The position numbers were made by a program, and so were the translations under genes. A model generated the notes under the pieces. That model did no database searches. It was not told the DNA's origin and was given only the letters and a program-made list of their open reading frames with translations. This document shows, piece by piece, positions 9,211 to 20,981 of a stretch of DNA of 36,349 bases (positions are counted from its first letter, which is position 1; each line of letters opens with the position of its first letter). The stretch lies in NCBI RefSeq assembly GCF_001194135.2, contig NC_068989.1, forward strand, positions 30,452,058 to 30,488,406, in the 5' to 3' direction. Source of the DNA: Octopus bimaculoides. Taxonomy: Eukaryota.

Positions 9211-10465
9211 CAAGGGTGGATTGAAAAGTTCATAGGCTGATTGTGAAGAAGTGATGCTACAACTGTGAAATTTGCATGCATTAATTTCATCTCTTCTTAT
9301 TAATAACAGCAGAGTTTTTTTCCAGGTAAACTGTCATCTGATTGTTCAAAGAAGACTTCAAAAGTAGCTAGTAGCAACTTTTTGGGAAAATTGACAAAAC
9401 TTGGCATCATGGTGTTATCAAGTACCTGCAGAAAAGGGGTTTAACTCCCAACAACATTTATGCTGACATGGTTGCTCCATTAGGGGATGAGACTCCAGCT
9501 TTATCAACAGTGCAAAAGTGGGCAACTGAACTTAGGAGGGGAATGGAAAGTCTTGAAGTTGGTCCAACATCTGAACATCCTGCAACTGCCACCACCAAGG
9601 AAAACATTGTTTACCATATGGTGATGAATGACAGGTAAATGACTATAAATCAAATAGCCAATGCTATTAGCATGTCCAATGAGAGAATTAAGAATATTCT
9701 GCACAATGAATTTTGCATGGCTGCCACATTTTGTGACACATGATCAAAAGCACACCAGGCTGATCACATCACAGGAAAATCTAACATTGTTTCAGGTAGA
9801 TCTAGCTGGTTTCCTTGAATGTTTCACTCCAGGATGAGTGTTGGGTTCATCACTTTGAGCTAGAGACGAAGAAACAATTCATGCAGTGGAAAACACCCCT
9901 TGTTACTTGCTCTAAAGAAAGCCAAGGTCGTTTTATCTGCAGGGAAGGTAATGATCTCAGTTTTTTGGGATGCAAAAGGCATTGTGTTTACTGACTGTCT
10001 TCAAAAGGGCCACATCATCAATGGAGAGTATACTATGCCAACTTGCTGAGGTAGTATTGAAATGTTATCAAGACCAAACACCTAAGAAAACTGATGAAAG
10101 GGGTTTTATTTCATCAGTGCAATGCTTCAGAACACAAATCCTTGCTTTCAATGACTGATGTACATGACTGTGACTTTGAGCTAGTTGATCACCCTTGCTA
10201 TTCTCCTGATTTGGCCTCATCCAACTATCATCTGTTCTCCAACATGAATAAACACTTTGCTGGGAACTAGTATCACAGTGATGATGATGTCATATCTTCT
10301 GTTGATGACATTTTTGACCAACAGGATGAAAGCTTCTTCACCAAGTACTGTAAGAGTGAGGGAAGATGTGGACCACAAGAGGAAAAATATTGAAAAATAT
10401 ATTTCATTTGGTCATATTCCATACGAATATCTTGGTCAGCCTATGAACTTTTCAGCCGACCCCTG
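9211..10465 (+). mobile_element. Full-length mariner (Tc1/mariner) DNA transposon with inactivated transposase
   Basis: About 30-bp TIRs (caagggtggattgaaaagttcataggctga / tcagcctatgaacttttcagccgacccctg) flanked by TA at 9209-9210 and 10466-10467; length 1255 bp. Frameshifted motifs GVIKYLQK..STVQKW, DECWVHHF, VFWDAKG and YSPDLASSNYHLF. Confidence 0.95.
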
Positions 10466-10479
10466 TACAAAGCGTATTA

Positions 10480-11320
10480 ACACATGAATGAAGTAGTCCC
10501 CCTAATACAGGAGAACCTTCAACTTGGGCCCATCAATGAACCCCACAGATCCAGGATTACCCCAACCACTATCAGCATGAGCCCTTGCCCAACTGTTGTT
10601 CTCTAATCTACAAATGCATGTTTAGAGTCGATCTATTTACCCTAACCATTTTTACCACAGTCCCCCACCTTTTCATAAATTCACTGGGTGATATTTCCCT
10701 CTCCATCTCCACTTTCATTTCCAAGTGGAACTTAAAAAAGTTGATGAGAGCTTAACTGAAGAGGAAGGTGTCTTTCTTCAAGCCTCTCAGCCTTGTCCAC
10801 CTCACAACCTCTTTTGCCATAGCCACTAGAGACAGAAGCACTATCTGTCCAATCTTGTTAAAGGTGGGTGGCAAGGCAACCCTCACACTAAACTCAGTGT
10901 ATGGTCGGATTCATCCTATATGTGATAACAGCTGAGATAACTCCATAGTTCAATAATGCTCTCAGGTAGTCTTACTTTACAGTGCTTCCATACCTATAGA
11001 GTTTGTCTTGAACCAGTAGTGCTCCACAGTAGCACTGCCAGGACAAGGGTTTCTGGAAGTTATCCATGGTAATTCCTGGCCTGAATGTCTGCCAAAAACT
11101 CACCAGATAGTTTATCCTTGTTGATGCTTACAATTTCATCAAGGGCTTCATAGCTCTTACCCGCCACTAGATTTCTATAAATTGCTATCGTGGAACTTTC
11201 ATCGACTGCATTACTTGAATGGTAGAGGGCAATGAGCGCCTGACAACATTCCGGAATAATAATGGTTTCTAATTTAGGCCTGCAGCTTTGTGGGAGGGGT
11301 TTAGTTGATACCACTAGCCT
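10480..11320 (-). mobile_element. Tx1/L1-type LINE ORF2 C-terminus and 3' UTR
   Basis: Frameshifted MDNFQKPLSWQCYCGALLVQDKLYRYG (zf-RVT-like) ... LSLVAMAKEVVRWTRLRGL ... ALINFFKFHLEMKVEMERE..SEFMKRW; includes the core of ORF 11060-11389. Confidence 0.75.
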
Positions 11321-11339
11321 CAATTGTTCACTGGTACTT

Positions 11340-11525
11340 GATTTTATTGATATATTATCATTATTTCTGAGTTTATATCTTAACTTCACTTTTCATCTCT
11401 CTAAGGTCAGTAAAATAAAGTACCAGTAAGTAATGATTTCAATGGCATTGATTAATCCTCCCAAAATTACTGGTTCTGCACCTAAATTAGAAAGCATTAC
11501 TTTTATTATTATCATTATTATTATT
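11340..11525 (+). mobile_element. Degenerate SINE (family A), 3' two-thirds with (TTA)n tail
   Basis: ttctgagttt...ttttcatctctctaaggtc...aaagtaccag...cctcccaaaatt...attattatt aligns to the other SINE copies. Confidence 0.6.
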
Positions 11526-12234
11526 GTAAAATTCTACTGAAAATATATGTATTTTACTACATTTGTTATTTTTTTGCTCTTAATGTATAAATTATCTCAA
11601 AGGTGACTTGATATTTTAACCTATTAGATGTTTTGCAACATATCAATAGCATTGTGGGTAAATATTGGTCAGGCTGGAATGTCTGCTGAGTGGTGTTTGC
11701 TTATTACCACCTACTGTTTGATCAGGTACCTCTGTGTCTGATTAGAAATGACCAGAACCTCTGTCAAAATCTTATATTTTCCCTATTGTCTGTCTTCAAC
11801 AAAGTTTGTGGATTTTACAACAGTTTTGTGAGTTTAGATGAATTTCTTTAATCAATTCTTTCCCAGTCTATCAGTTGTGAATAAGACCTTGGCAACCTTA
11901 AGTTCAATGTAGCATAATAGGAAGAGGAGCCAAGCTGATAAGTTAATCAATCACTATTTTTAATATACTTAAACATTGCAGCATTTCACAGTTCTGTTTG
12001 CAAAGAACTAATAATAAACAGGTATACTACCCTTTTATATCATCAATACATACACACCACACATACAAATGATCACATGAAGGGCCTACCTAAGTTCACT
12101 CAGAAGATGTCACTCAACCATTGGTTATGAGTGCATCCAGATTGTTTTCTCAATAAGGAAACTATTGATTGATTAAAATTATCATACTTGTCACATTAAG
12201 AATGTCAGCATTTACTTTATTACCTACTTATATA

Positions 12235-12235
<1 letters not shown>

Positions 12236-12281
<46 letters not shown>

Positions 12282-12547
12282 NNNNNNNNNNNNNNNNNNN
12301 NNNNNNNNNNNNNNNNNNNNNNNNNNNNNNNNNNNNNNNNNNNNNNNNNNNNNNNNNNNNNNNNNNNNNNNNNNNNNNNNNNNNNNNNNNNNNNNNNNNN
12401 NNNNNNNNNNNNNNNNNNNNNNNNNNNNNNNNNNNNNNNNNNNNNNNNNNNNNNNNNNNNNNNNNNNNNNNNNNNNNNNNNNNNNNNNNNNNNNNNNNNN
12501 NNNNNNNNNNNNNNNNNNNNNNNNNNNNNNNNNNNNNNNNNNNNNNN

Positions 12548-12577
<30 letters not shown>
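12236..12577. repeat. (TA)n microsatellite around an assembly gap (N 12282-12547)
   Basis: Directly visible. Confidence 0.97.
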
Positions 12578-12579
<2 letters not shown>

Positions 12580-12929
12580 GCATTCTTTACCTACCACTTC
12601 CTGAATACATACCAAATATCCTGCCTCATTAAAGAATCTGTGAACTACTATAAATGCACGCATCACACCAACACCATCTTACTCTATACAGTAGGGAAAT
12701 GTACATATTATAACACTGTAATGGATTATGTAACCTGTTGATGTTTCTTCTGCACTGTGGGGTACATTCAATTCCATTATATCACTCCCCAGTCACTGGG
12801 GAGCAGTGCAGATGTAAGCCAAAACAATCATCATGCTAAATAAAGCTTACAGTATGCTCTGTCTTCCCTATCAATTATTTAAAATATATTAAATGTCCAC
12901 CAAGGAATTCTTTACATAGATCCTGTGAG

Positions 12930-13070
12930 GAGAGCTTGACTAAAGAAGGTATCTTTCTTCAAGCCTCTCAGCCTTGTCCACCTCACAACCTCTTTTGCCA
13001 TAGCTGCTAGAGACAGGAGCACCATCTGTCCAATTGTGTTAAAGGTGGGTAGCATGCCAACCCCCACAGT
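12930..13070 (-). mobile_element. Second, isolated copy of about 140 bp of the Tx1-like ORF2 C-terminal segment
   Basis: High-identity direct repeat of 10746-10889, including a long near-perfect run tctttcttcaagcctctcagccttgtccacctcacaacctcttttgccatagc. Confidence 0.85.
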
Positions 13071-13690
13071 ACACATAGTACTATGGATGATGCCTGGTAG
13101 CCATATGTGGTGAACATACTCTCAAGACACACTACTAGGGACATACTCAAAACAAGGTTTGGATACATTTAAAGTCTCCTATCTAAACTTTAATTTAAAC
13201 ATAACCTATATACAGGCATACCTCGGCTTAAGTTGGTCTTATTTAAGTCACTCTTGATTATACGTCGGTTTTCAAAAATAATATATGGAAAAATAAAAAT
13301 CAAGTTCAGTCATTTTACTCGACTTTACGTCTGTCCGCCACAAATATTGGAATTGTAAAATCACCAGAAAACCGTTAAAAGTACATAAAATCATGTTTCT
13401 GTACAATAAATAAGAAAAAAATGCATATAAAATCATATTAAAATATGTACAGTAAATGTTAAGATATACACCATAAAGTAGTGTAGCTTAGTGAACAAAA
13501 TCACGAAATCAGCTGTGTTGTCTTATTTATCAGTCTTTAGGAGCTCATATTGCACTGTAGTTCCAACATCTACTATGAGGCATCGTTGTCACTCATGATT
13601 CCTGCGATTGTTTTGAATTCAGATTTGTTTACATCTGTTTATCAACTACTTTCTCATTCTCATTCCTTTGTGACTTTATTATTTGCCCCC

Positions 13691-15326
13691 ATGGCTCCTA
13701 AGAAAATTCATATGGAAAGTGCTAAGCATCATGCTATAATGCTCTGGAAGATAAACTGGCCATGATAAAACGCCATGAAAAAGATGAAAAAGTGGTAGCA
13801 ATTGCACAATCTTTTGGGATGAGTCAGACAACTGTATTGACAATTATACACAATAAGGACAAGATTTTAGCACATATCAAATCTGAAGCCCCAGGGATGA
13901 AGAACGCTATTATCAATAAGAAAAGAGGCAAATCTTTGAAGGAATTGAAAGTCTTCATGCTACTATTAGTCAAGAAATCATTCAAGAGAAAGCATTGTTT
14001 TTGTTTGAGGACATGTAGAAAAAATATCCAGATGAGAAAGATGGAGAGTTCAAGGGCAAGTGAAGGATGGTTCATGAGATTTAAGGAGCGAAGAAGTTAT
14101 CACTCCATTAAGAAGCAAGGTGAAAGTGCATAAGCTGACGAACAAGCAGCGGTAGAATTTCCTAATGCATTAAAGAAAATCATTGAAGAAAATGGGTTTC
14201 TTCCTGAACAGATTTTTAATGTAGATGAAACTAGATTGTATTGGAAAAAATTGCCTGACCGTTCATTCATTTCCAAGGAGGAGAAAACTATTCCAGGCTA
14301 CAAGGTCTCAAAAGAATGTGTGATCATTATGTTAGGAAGTAACTGTGAAGGAGATTTTAAGTTAAAGTCATTGCTTGTGTGTCATGCACACAACCCCTGT
14401 GCCAGGAAGAACATACCCAAGGCATCTTTCCCTGTTATATGGATGGCTAAATTATGAGCATGGGTTACTGTTGTTGTTTTTTATGATTAGTTCTTCAATC
14501 ATTTTATCCCAGCAGCAGAGATTTACTGTAAGGAGAAGGGAATTCCTTTTGAAGTTTTACTTACCTTAGATAATGCTCCTGGCCACCTGCAAAGCATCGC
14601 AGATTTCGACCCCAATGTTATCATCGTATAACTCCCTCCAAACACCACGTCCCTTCTGCAGCCAATGGATCAAGGAATAACTGCTATCTTCAAGCATTAC
14701 TATATGAAGCGTATGCTGTGGCAAGCAATAACTGCAACTGATTCTGATGAGTCCACCACACATTGTGACTTTTGGAAGAGATACAATATCTACAAGGCTG
14801 TACAGAATATAGGAGTGGCATGGAATGATGTACAGAGCATGGCTAAGAATGGTGTATGGAAGAAGCTATACCTGCAATTTGTGAATGATTTTAAGGGGTT
14901 TGATAATATTGCCATCAAATGCTGGTGACTACAAGCAAAAAACTGGAAATGGATTTGGAGGGGGAGAATTTCACAGATTTATTTGAAAATGATAAGCAGC
15001 CCCTGATGAACGAGGATTTGATAGAGCTTTTCGAACAGCAAAATAAAGAAGAGGAAGAAGTCAAACCTGAGTCATGCCACTTTACCATTAAGAAAATGCA
15101 GCTAGCATTTACATATATTGAAAAAGGCCTTTCTATGTTCGAAGATATGGATCCAAATGCTCAATGCTTTTCCAAGATTATGGGGGCTTGTCATGAAGCT
15201 TTTGCTCCTTATAATGTAATCCTTGATGAAAAGAAGAAGACAGTTCAAGGAACTCTCAACTGGTTTTTTAAGCGCATCAAACAACAAGAACAGCCAGAAT
15301 CAGCTGTTGATGTTCACGATCCATAA
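13691..15326 (+). pseudogene. Tigger transposase (TIGD1-like; HTH_psq, CENP-B HTH and DDE_1 domains), frameshifted with stops
   Basis: ORFs 13762-14133, 14236-14457, 14665-14928 and 14919-15326; motifs ASEGWFMRFK, QIFNVDET, LDNAPGH and LPPNTTSLLQPMDQGIT. Confidence 0.93.
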
Positions 15327-15439
15327 GCATCTACATCTGCAATGTAAACCATCATGTATGTACGAATTGGTAACTTTAAAACAATTTAGTTTTTTTTTTA
15401 CCATTGTAAAATAATAATAATTATGAATTTGCGAATTTG

Positions 15440-15655
15440 TTTTTTAAGCTTAAAAAAGGCTTTTATTTACCATGTCTTATTGTAAACTGCATTCATAAAT
15501 AAAGCATCCAGTAAACACTGCCAAATTGTATTTGTAAATTTAGATTACTTTTTTTTTTACGGTACTGCATTGAAAAATAAAAATTACTTGTTTGTAAGCT
15601 TAAAATAGGTTTTTACAAACCATGTATTATTGAAAATGCATTCATAAATAAGGTA
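15440..15655 (+). repeat. Diverged direct duplication (period about 155 bp) in the Tigger 3' non-coding region
   Basis: taagcttaaaa.agg.tttt....accatgt.ttattg.aa.tgcattcataaataa at about 15446 and about 15596. Confidence 0.75.
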
Positions 15656-15815
15656 CAGAACTCGGACTGGTTATTATCAGTTTAACCAAGTAAATTCGGC
15701 CTAGCCAAGAGATAACTTAATTCAACTTAAGTCATTTTTCAACTTAAGTTGCATCTCCTGGAACCAATTAACGATGTAAGGTGAGGTGTGCCTGTGTATA
15801 TATATATATATATAT

Positions 15816-15968
15816 CTGAGTGGTTGACGTTAGGAAGGGCATCCAGCTGTAGAAACTCTGCCAAATTAGATTGGAGCCTGGTGTAGCCATCCGGTTGCAC
15901 CAGTCCTCAGTCAAATCGTCCAACCCATGCTAGCATGGAAAGCGGACGTTAAACGATGATGATGATGA

Positions 15969-15972
<4 letters not shown>
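15816..15972 (+). mobile_element. RTE 3' tail (strongly 5'-truncated) with (GAT)n, inserted in a (TA)n tract
   Basis: gagtggttg.cgttaggaagggcatccagctgtagaaac...ggacgttaaacgatgatgat; the same tail occurs at 16098, 30190, 31352 and 33645. Confidence 0.9.
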
Positions 15973-16003
<31 letters not shown>

Positions 16004-16067
16004 TACATTATATTCACCTTAATCATACCCATCCCCAGTCTACCTCATGGGACTTAATATAGCTATA

Positions 16068-16097
<30 letters not shown>

Positions 16098-16100
<3 letters not shown>

Positions 16101-19100
16101 TCATCATCATTTAACGTCCTTTGTCCATGGGTTAGATGGTTTGAATGGGCTGGCATGCTGGAAGGCTGCACCAGACTCTTGTCTGATTAGGCATGGTTTT
16201 CTATGCCTGGATGTCCTTCCTAACACCAACCACTCTAAGAGTGTAATGGACACATGTACCATTTGCATGACACTGGGGTACTTTTATGTGCCAATTTGTG
16301 TGACACTGGTATCTGCCATGACTGCAATTTTGCTAGGCTTAATGGGTCTTCTTCTCAAGCATGGCATAATGCCAAAGGTCTTGGTCATTGCTTTCATGAG
16401 GCCCAACACTCGAAAAGGACTCAACCACTTTGACTCTGTGAGTCCCAATGCTTGAAAGAAACTTAGCCACTTTGCTTCCATGAGGCCCAACACTCGAAAG
16501 GTGTTCTTTACATGCCACCAGCATGGTTGCACTTGGCTTGAGAGGTCCTCTCAAGCACAGCACATCACTAGAGGTCTTGGTCACTAGTCAATGACTCTTG
16601 AGGCTCAAAGTTTGAAGATCATGCTTCACCACTTCGTTCCATGTCTTCCTGGGTCTACCTCTACCACAGGTTCCCTCCACAGTTAGAGATTGGCATTTCT
16701 TTGCACAAGTGTCCTCATCCATATGCATCACATGACCATACCAGTGCAGTTATCTCTCTTGCACACCACATCTGATGCCTGTTATGCCTAACTTTTCTCT
16801 CAGGATACTTACACTCTGTCTAACATTCATTGCACATCCAGTGAAGCATGCTAGCTTCATTTCTTTCAAGCCTATACATGTCCTCAGCTGTCACAGCCCA
16901 TGTTTCACTGCCATGCAGCATAGCTGTCCACGCACAGGCATTAAACAATCTGCCTTTCACTCTGAGAGAGAGGCCCTTTGTTGCCAGCAGGTGTAAGAGT
17001 TATCTGAACTTTGTCCATCCTAATCTTATTCTCACAGCTGTGCTCTCAGAGCATCCACCTCCACTACTAACTTGGTCACCTAGATAACAGAAGCTATCTA
17101 CTACCTCTAGCTTGCCCCCCCCCCCTCGGGGGAAGTTGATGGAGTCTATTTTCTGCCCATTTTCAGCGTTTATTGTACCTGTGCATCTTCCGCATACAAA
17201 AGTTAGTTTCCCTGTTAACCTTCCTCTGATATTGCTGAACCTTTTATGTGTCCAAAGCTTATACCGGGTGCATCTCATGGAGTTTCTACGTACACATTTT
17301 CTACAGATTGAGCAGGGTCGTCTACCTGAAGTGATTTGCGATTTCTGTGCTTTCCTACTTACTAAAACTTTGGTTTTTGCTAGATTGACTTTAAGACACT
17401 TAAATTCTAGACCTTGCTTCCATACATGGAACTTCTCTAGTTCAGGTAGTGATTTTGCTATAAGATCGTCATCAACATAGAGGAGCTCTCAGGGGTAGCC
17501 TGTCTTGAATTCCTCTCTTATTGCTTGGAGGACTATGATGAACAAGGTGGGGGCTGAGCACAATCCTTGGTGGACCCTACTTGTACTCTGAATTCTTTGC
17601 TGTACTCATTGCCAACCCTCACCTTATTGGTAGCATCCCTGTACTTAGCTTGTACAGTTCTCACCAACCCCTCATCTATCCCTAGTTTCTACATTGACTA
17701 CCAGATAATTGATGAGGGGGCCCTTTCAAAGGCTTTCTCCAAGTCAAAAATGGCCAAGTACAGAGGTTTATCTTTGGCTAAGTATTTCTCCTGCAGCTGC
17801 CTCACCAGGAATATAGCATCAGTGATGCATCTTATCTAACCCTCTCCCTAATTAGTTGGGCTATGACTCTCGCCATAATTTTCATCACCTGATCCAGCAA
17901 TTTGATACCTCTGTAATTATTTCTATCTAAGGTACCATCTTTACTTTTGTAGCAATTGACTATGATGCTGCTACACCAGTCATTGTGTATGACTCCTTCG
18001 TGAGTCACCTGATTTACAATATGGGTAACTACACCATAACCCACACCACCAGATATTTTAAGCATCTTAGTGAAGATTCCTATCTTCATATCTTTAATTG
18101 CTTTATCTACCATGTAACTGTCAATTCGGGTTGCTGGTCCCTCAATGGGTTCAACCTTTGGCAGACTCTTCTCCTCCCACTCATTCTCTACATTCAGCAG
18201 TCTTTCATAATAGCATTTCCATGCCTCTTTCTTTGCAGAATCATTACATGCAAGTGCATCATCATCATCCATACGGACACATTTCTCTCCTATGACATCA
18301 CAATTTTCTCTCACACACTGTCTTGTAATCTGAAACACTTTGGTCCTCATGTCGCTGATCATAGACAACCTGCTTCTTTTCTGCTTCTCCCTTGGTTAGA
18401 TATACTTGTCTCCTAGCATCCCTTCTGGCAATCTGATACAGTACCTGCTGTCCCTATTCATCCAGGCCTGTTTCTTAGCTCTAGTGGCCCTGTCTTCTGC
18501 ATCGTTCCATGCTACCTTAGGTCTGGACGGGACTTTGCACCAGCCATAGATTTGGTCTGTAGCACTCAGCAAGCTGTCCTGGAATTCCCAGTTGCTCTCT
18601 ATGTCACTCGTCTGTAGCTCCTCCTCCCTTTCATTGATTTACTCAATTAAGATGTCCCTAAATCTCTGACTATATGAAGGGCCCTTAAGCTTCCAAATCC
18701 TTCTTTTCCAGATTGGTTTACTTCTTTGCATCCTTCAGGCCTAGAATCTAAAGTCACTAATTACTAGTCTATGCTGGAGGGTACATTCTTCACCAGGGAA
18801 GGTCTTTGTATTTAGGAGCAACCATGCATCATACTGTTTGGTGAGAATGTAATTGATCTGGTTAGCACAGACACCTGCTTGGTAGATTATCAGGTGGCTG
18901 GTTGGTTTCCTGAAGTTCATGCTGCAGATCAAAAGATTATTTGCATCCCTGAACTCCAGTAACCTTGTTCCCTCTTTGTTTCAGGAGCCAAATCCATGGT
19001 CCCCATGCACACCATGGAAGATACTAGACTGCCGTTTGACATGCCCATTGAAATACCCAGCCACGAAGAAGAGATCATTGTCACTTGTCTTTGAGGTAGC

Positions 19101-19447
19101 CTGCAGAAGAATGTCATAAAAGTAATCCTTCTGTCCATTTGAGGGGCTTAGGCAGAGATAATTGTCACTCTACTGTTCTGTAAGACTATCCTAAGCTTAA
19201 GCACTCTATCACCCATTCTGGCTACCACTAAGACCTTATCCACCCATTTCTCTGCAAAAAGTATGTCCATGCCACCTACCTTGTCACTGTTACCTTTCCA
19301 GAAGATTTTATACCTATGTGCCTTGCCTGTTAGGAACCTTGCTGAAGCTCCTCTCCACCTTACCTCTTGGATGCAACATACATCAACATGCCTCTGTTCA
19401 AGCATCTCAACAATCTCACTAGACCTACCTTTCAATGTGCCTACATA
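16098..19447 (-). mobile_element. Near-full-length (about 3.35 kb) decayed RTE LINE: APE endonuclease, RT, 3' UTR and (GAT)n tail
   Basis: ORFs 19148-19435 (APE), 18741-18932, 17832-18368 and 17000-17278; LLYVDD at about 17465-17485; C-terminal GRPRKTWNEVVKHDL at about 16600-16655; tail at 16098-16245. Multiple stops and frameshifts. Confidence 0.95.
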
Positions 19448-19454
19448 GACATAT

Positions 19455-20033
19455 ACCCCTCATATATGTGTGTGTGTGTGTCTGTGCATATGTATGAGTG
19501 ATATATGTATATATATGCATGTATANNNNNNNNNNNNNNNNNNNNNNNNNNNNNNNNNNNNNNNNNNNNNNNNNNNNNNNNNNNNNNNNNNNNNNNNNNN
19601 NNNNNNNNNNNNNNNNNNNNNNNNNNNNNNNNNNNNNNNNNNNNNNNNNNNNNNNNNNNNNNNNNNNNNNNNNNNNNNNNNNNNNNNNNNNNNNNNNNNN
19701 NNNNNNNNNNNNNNNNNNNNNNNNNNNNNNNNNNNNNNNNNNNNNNNNNNNNNNNNNNNNNNNNNNNNNNNNNNNNNNNNNNNNNNNNNNNNNNNNNNNN
19801 NNNNNNNNNNNNNNNNNNNNNNNNNNNNNNNNNNNNNNNNNNNNNNNNNNNNNNNNNNNNNNNNNNNNNNNNNNNNNNNNNNNNNNNNNNNNNNNNNNNN
19901 NNNNNNNNNNNNNNNNNNNNNNNNNNNNNNNNNNNNNNNNNNNNNNNNNNNNNNNNNNNNNNNNNNNNNNNNNNNNNNNNNNNNNNNNNNNNNNNNNNNN
20001 NNNNNNNNNNNNNNNNNNNNNNNNNNNNNNNNN

Positions 20034-20064
<31 letters not shown>

Positions 20065-20065
20065 C
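19455..20065. repeat. (GT)n/(AT)n microsatellites around an assembly gap (N 19526-20033)
   Basis: Directly visible. Confidence 0.95.
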
Positions 20066-20322
20066 CTAAGTATCACTAAGTATTTTTCCATCTATACATT
20101 TTATTTATTGATTTAGCCATATCTGTTATAATTACATAGTTTATAATAATTCTCCTAACCACTCTTTAATTAAACTCTAAATTAATAAGTTCTGCTTTAA
20201 TTTCTAGAGCAATACTACCCCTATTAGGTGCCTCCTCTTTTTCTTTTTCCTTTTCTGTTTCTATTTGTATCTCTTTTCCCTTGCCTACTCACTCTGGCAC
20301 TCTATCAATTACAATGAGGGTT

Positions 20323-20598
20323 CTAGTTGATCCAATCAATGGAACACCCTACTTGTAAAATTAAAGTGCAAGTTGCTGAGCACTCCACAAACACATGTAT
20401 CCTTAATGTTCTCCGAGAAATTCAGCATGACACAGAGTGTGACTAGGTTGGCCCTTTGAAATACAGATACTACACGTTTTTGCCAGCTGAGTACACTGGA
20501 GCAATGTGAAATAAAGTGTCTTGCTCATGGACACAATGCACCACCAGTTTTTGAACTCATTAGTTGAATACCCTAACTACTAAGTCATGTGCCTTCAC
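20323..20598 (-). mobile_element. tRNA-derived SINE (family B), copy 1
   Basis: Colinear with 20628-20917; contains the ccttgagcaagacactttatttcac-type central domain. Confidence 0.85.
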
Positions 20599-20627
20599 AA
20601 CTAAACTGGTATTCCATCTGTTACATT

Positions 20628-20917
20628 CCAGTTGATCCAATCAATGGAACAGTCTGCTCATGAAATTAACATGCAAGTGGTTGAGCACTCCACTAATGTG
20701 TGTACCCTTATTGTAGTTCTCAGGAAGATTCAGCATGACACAGAATGTGACAAGGCTGGACCTTTGAAATACGGGTATGACTCATTTTTGCCAGCTGAGT
20801 GGACTGGAGTAATGTGAAATAAAGTGTCTTGCTCAAGGGCACAACACGTTGTTGAATTGAACTCGGGAACTTACAATCATAAGCCAACAACCTAACCGCT
20901 AAGCTATGCACCTCCAC
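20628..20917 (-). mobile_element. tRNA-derived SINE (family B), copy 2
   Basis: Head with A-box-like tagcttagcggttagg and B-box-like gagttcaattc; central gcccttgagcaagacacttt resembles the conserved CORE/V/Meta-type SINE domains. Confidence 0.88.
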
Positions 20918-20981
20918 CTCTTACACACTCTAGGGTCACAAAGTAGGTCTGCTAGCTGGGAGGTGATTTATGCTACCTTAC

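Larger units (their letters stand above)
13213..15794 (+). mobile_element. Full-length Tigger/pogo DNA transposon
   Basis: TIRs CAGGCATACCTCGGCTTAAG (TA at 13211-13212) and its imperfect inverse ending gaggtgtgcctg at 15794; length 2582 bp. Confidence 0.93.

Noticed and set aside
12575-12700. Possible minus-strand exon (FFNEAGYL, donor gtatgt)
   Set aside because: Short; phases cannot be linked to neighbours without extra assumptions.
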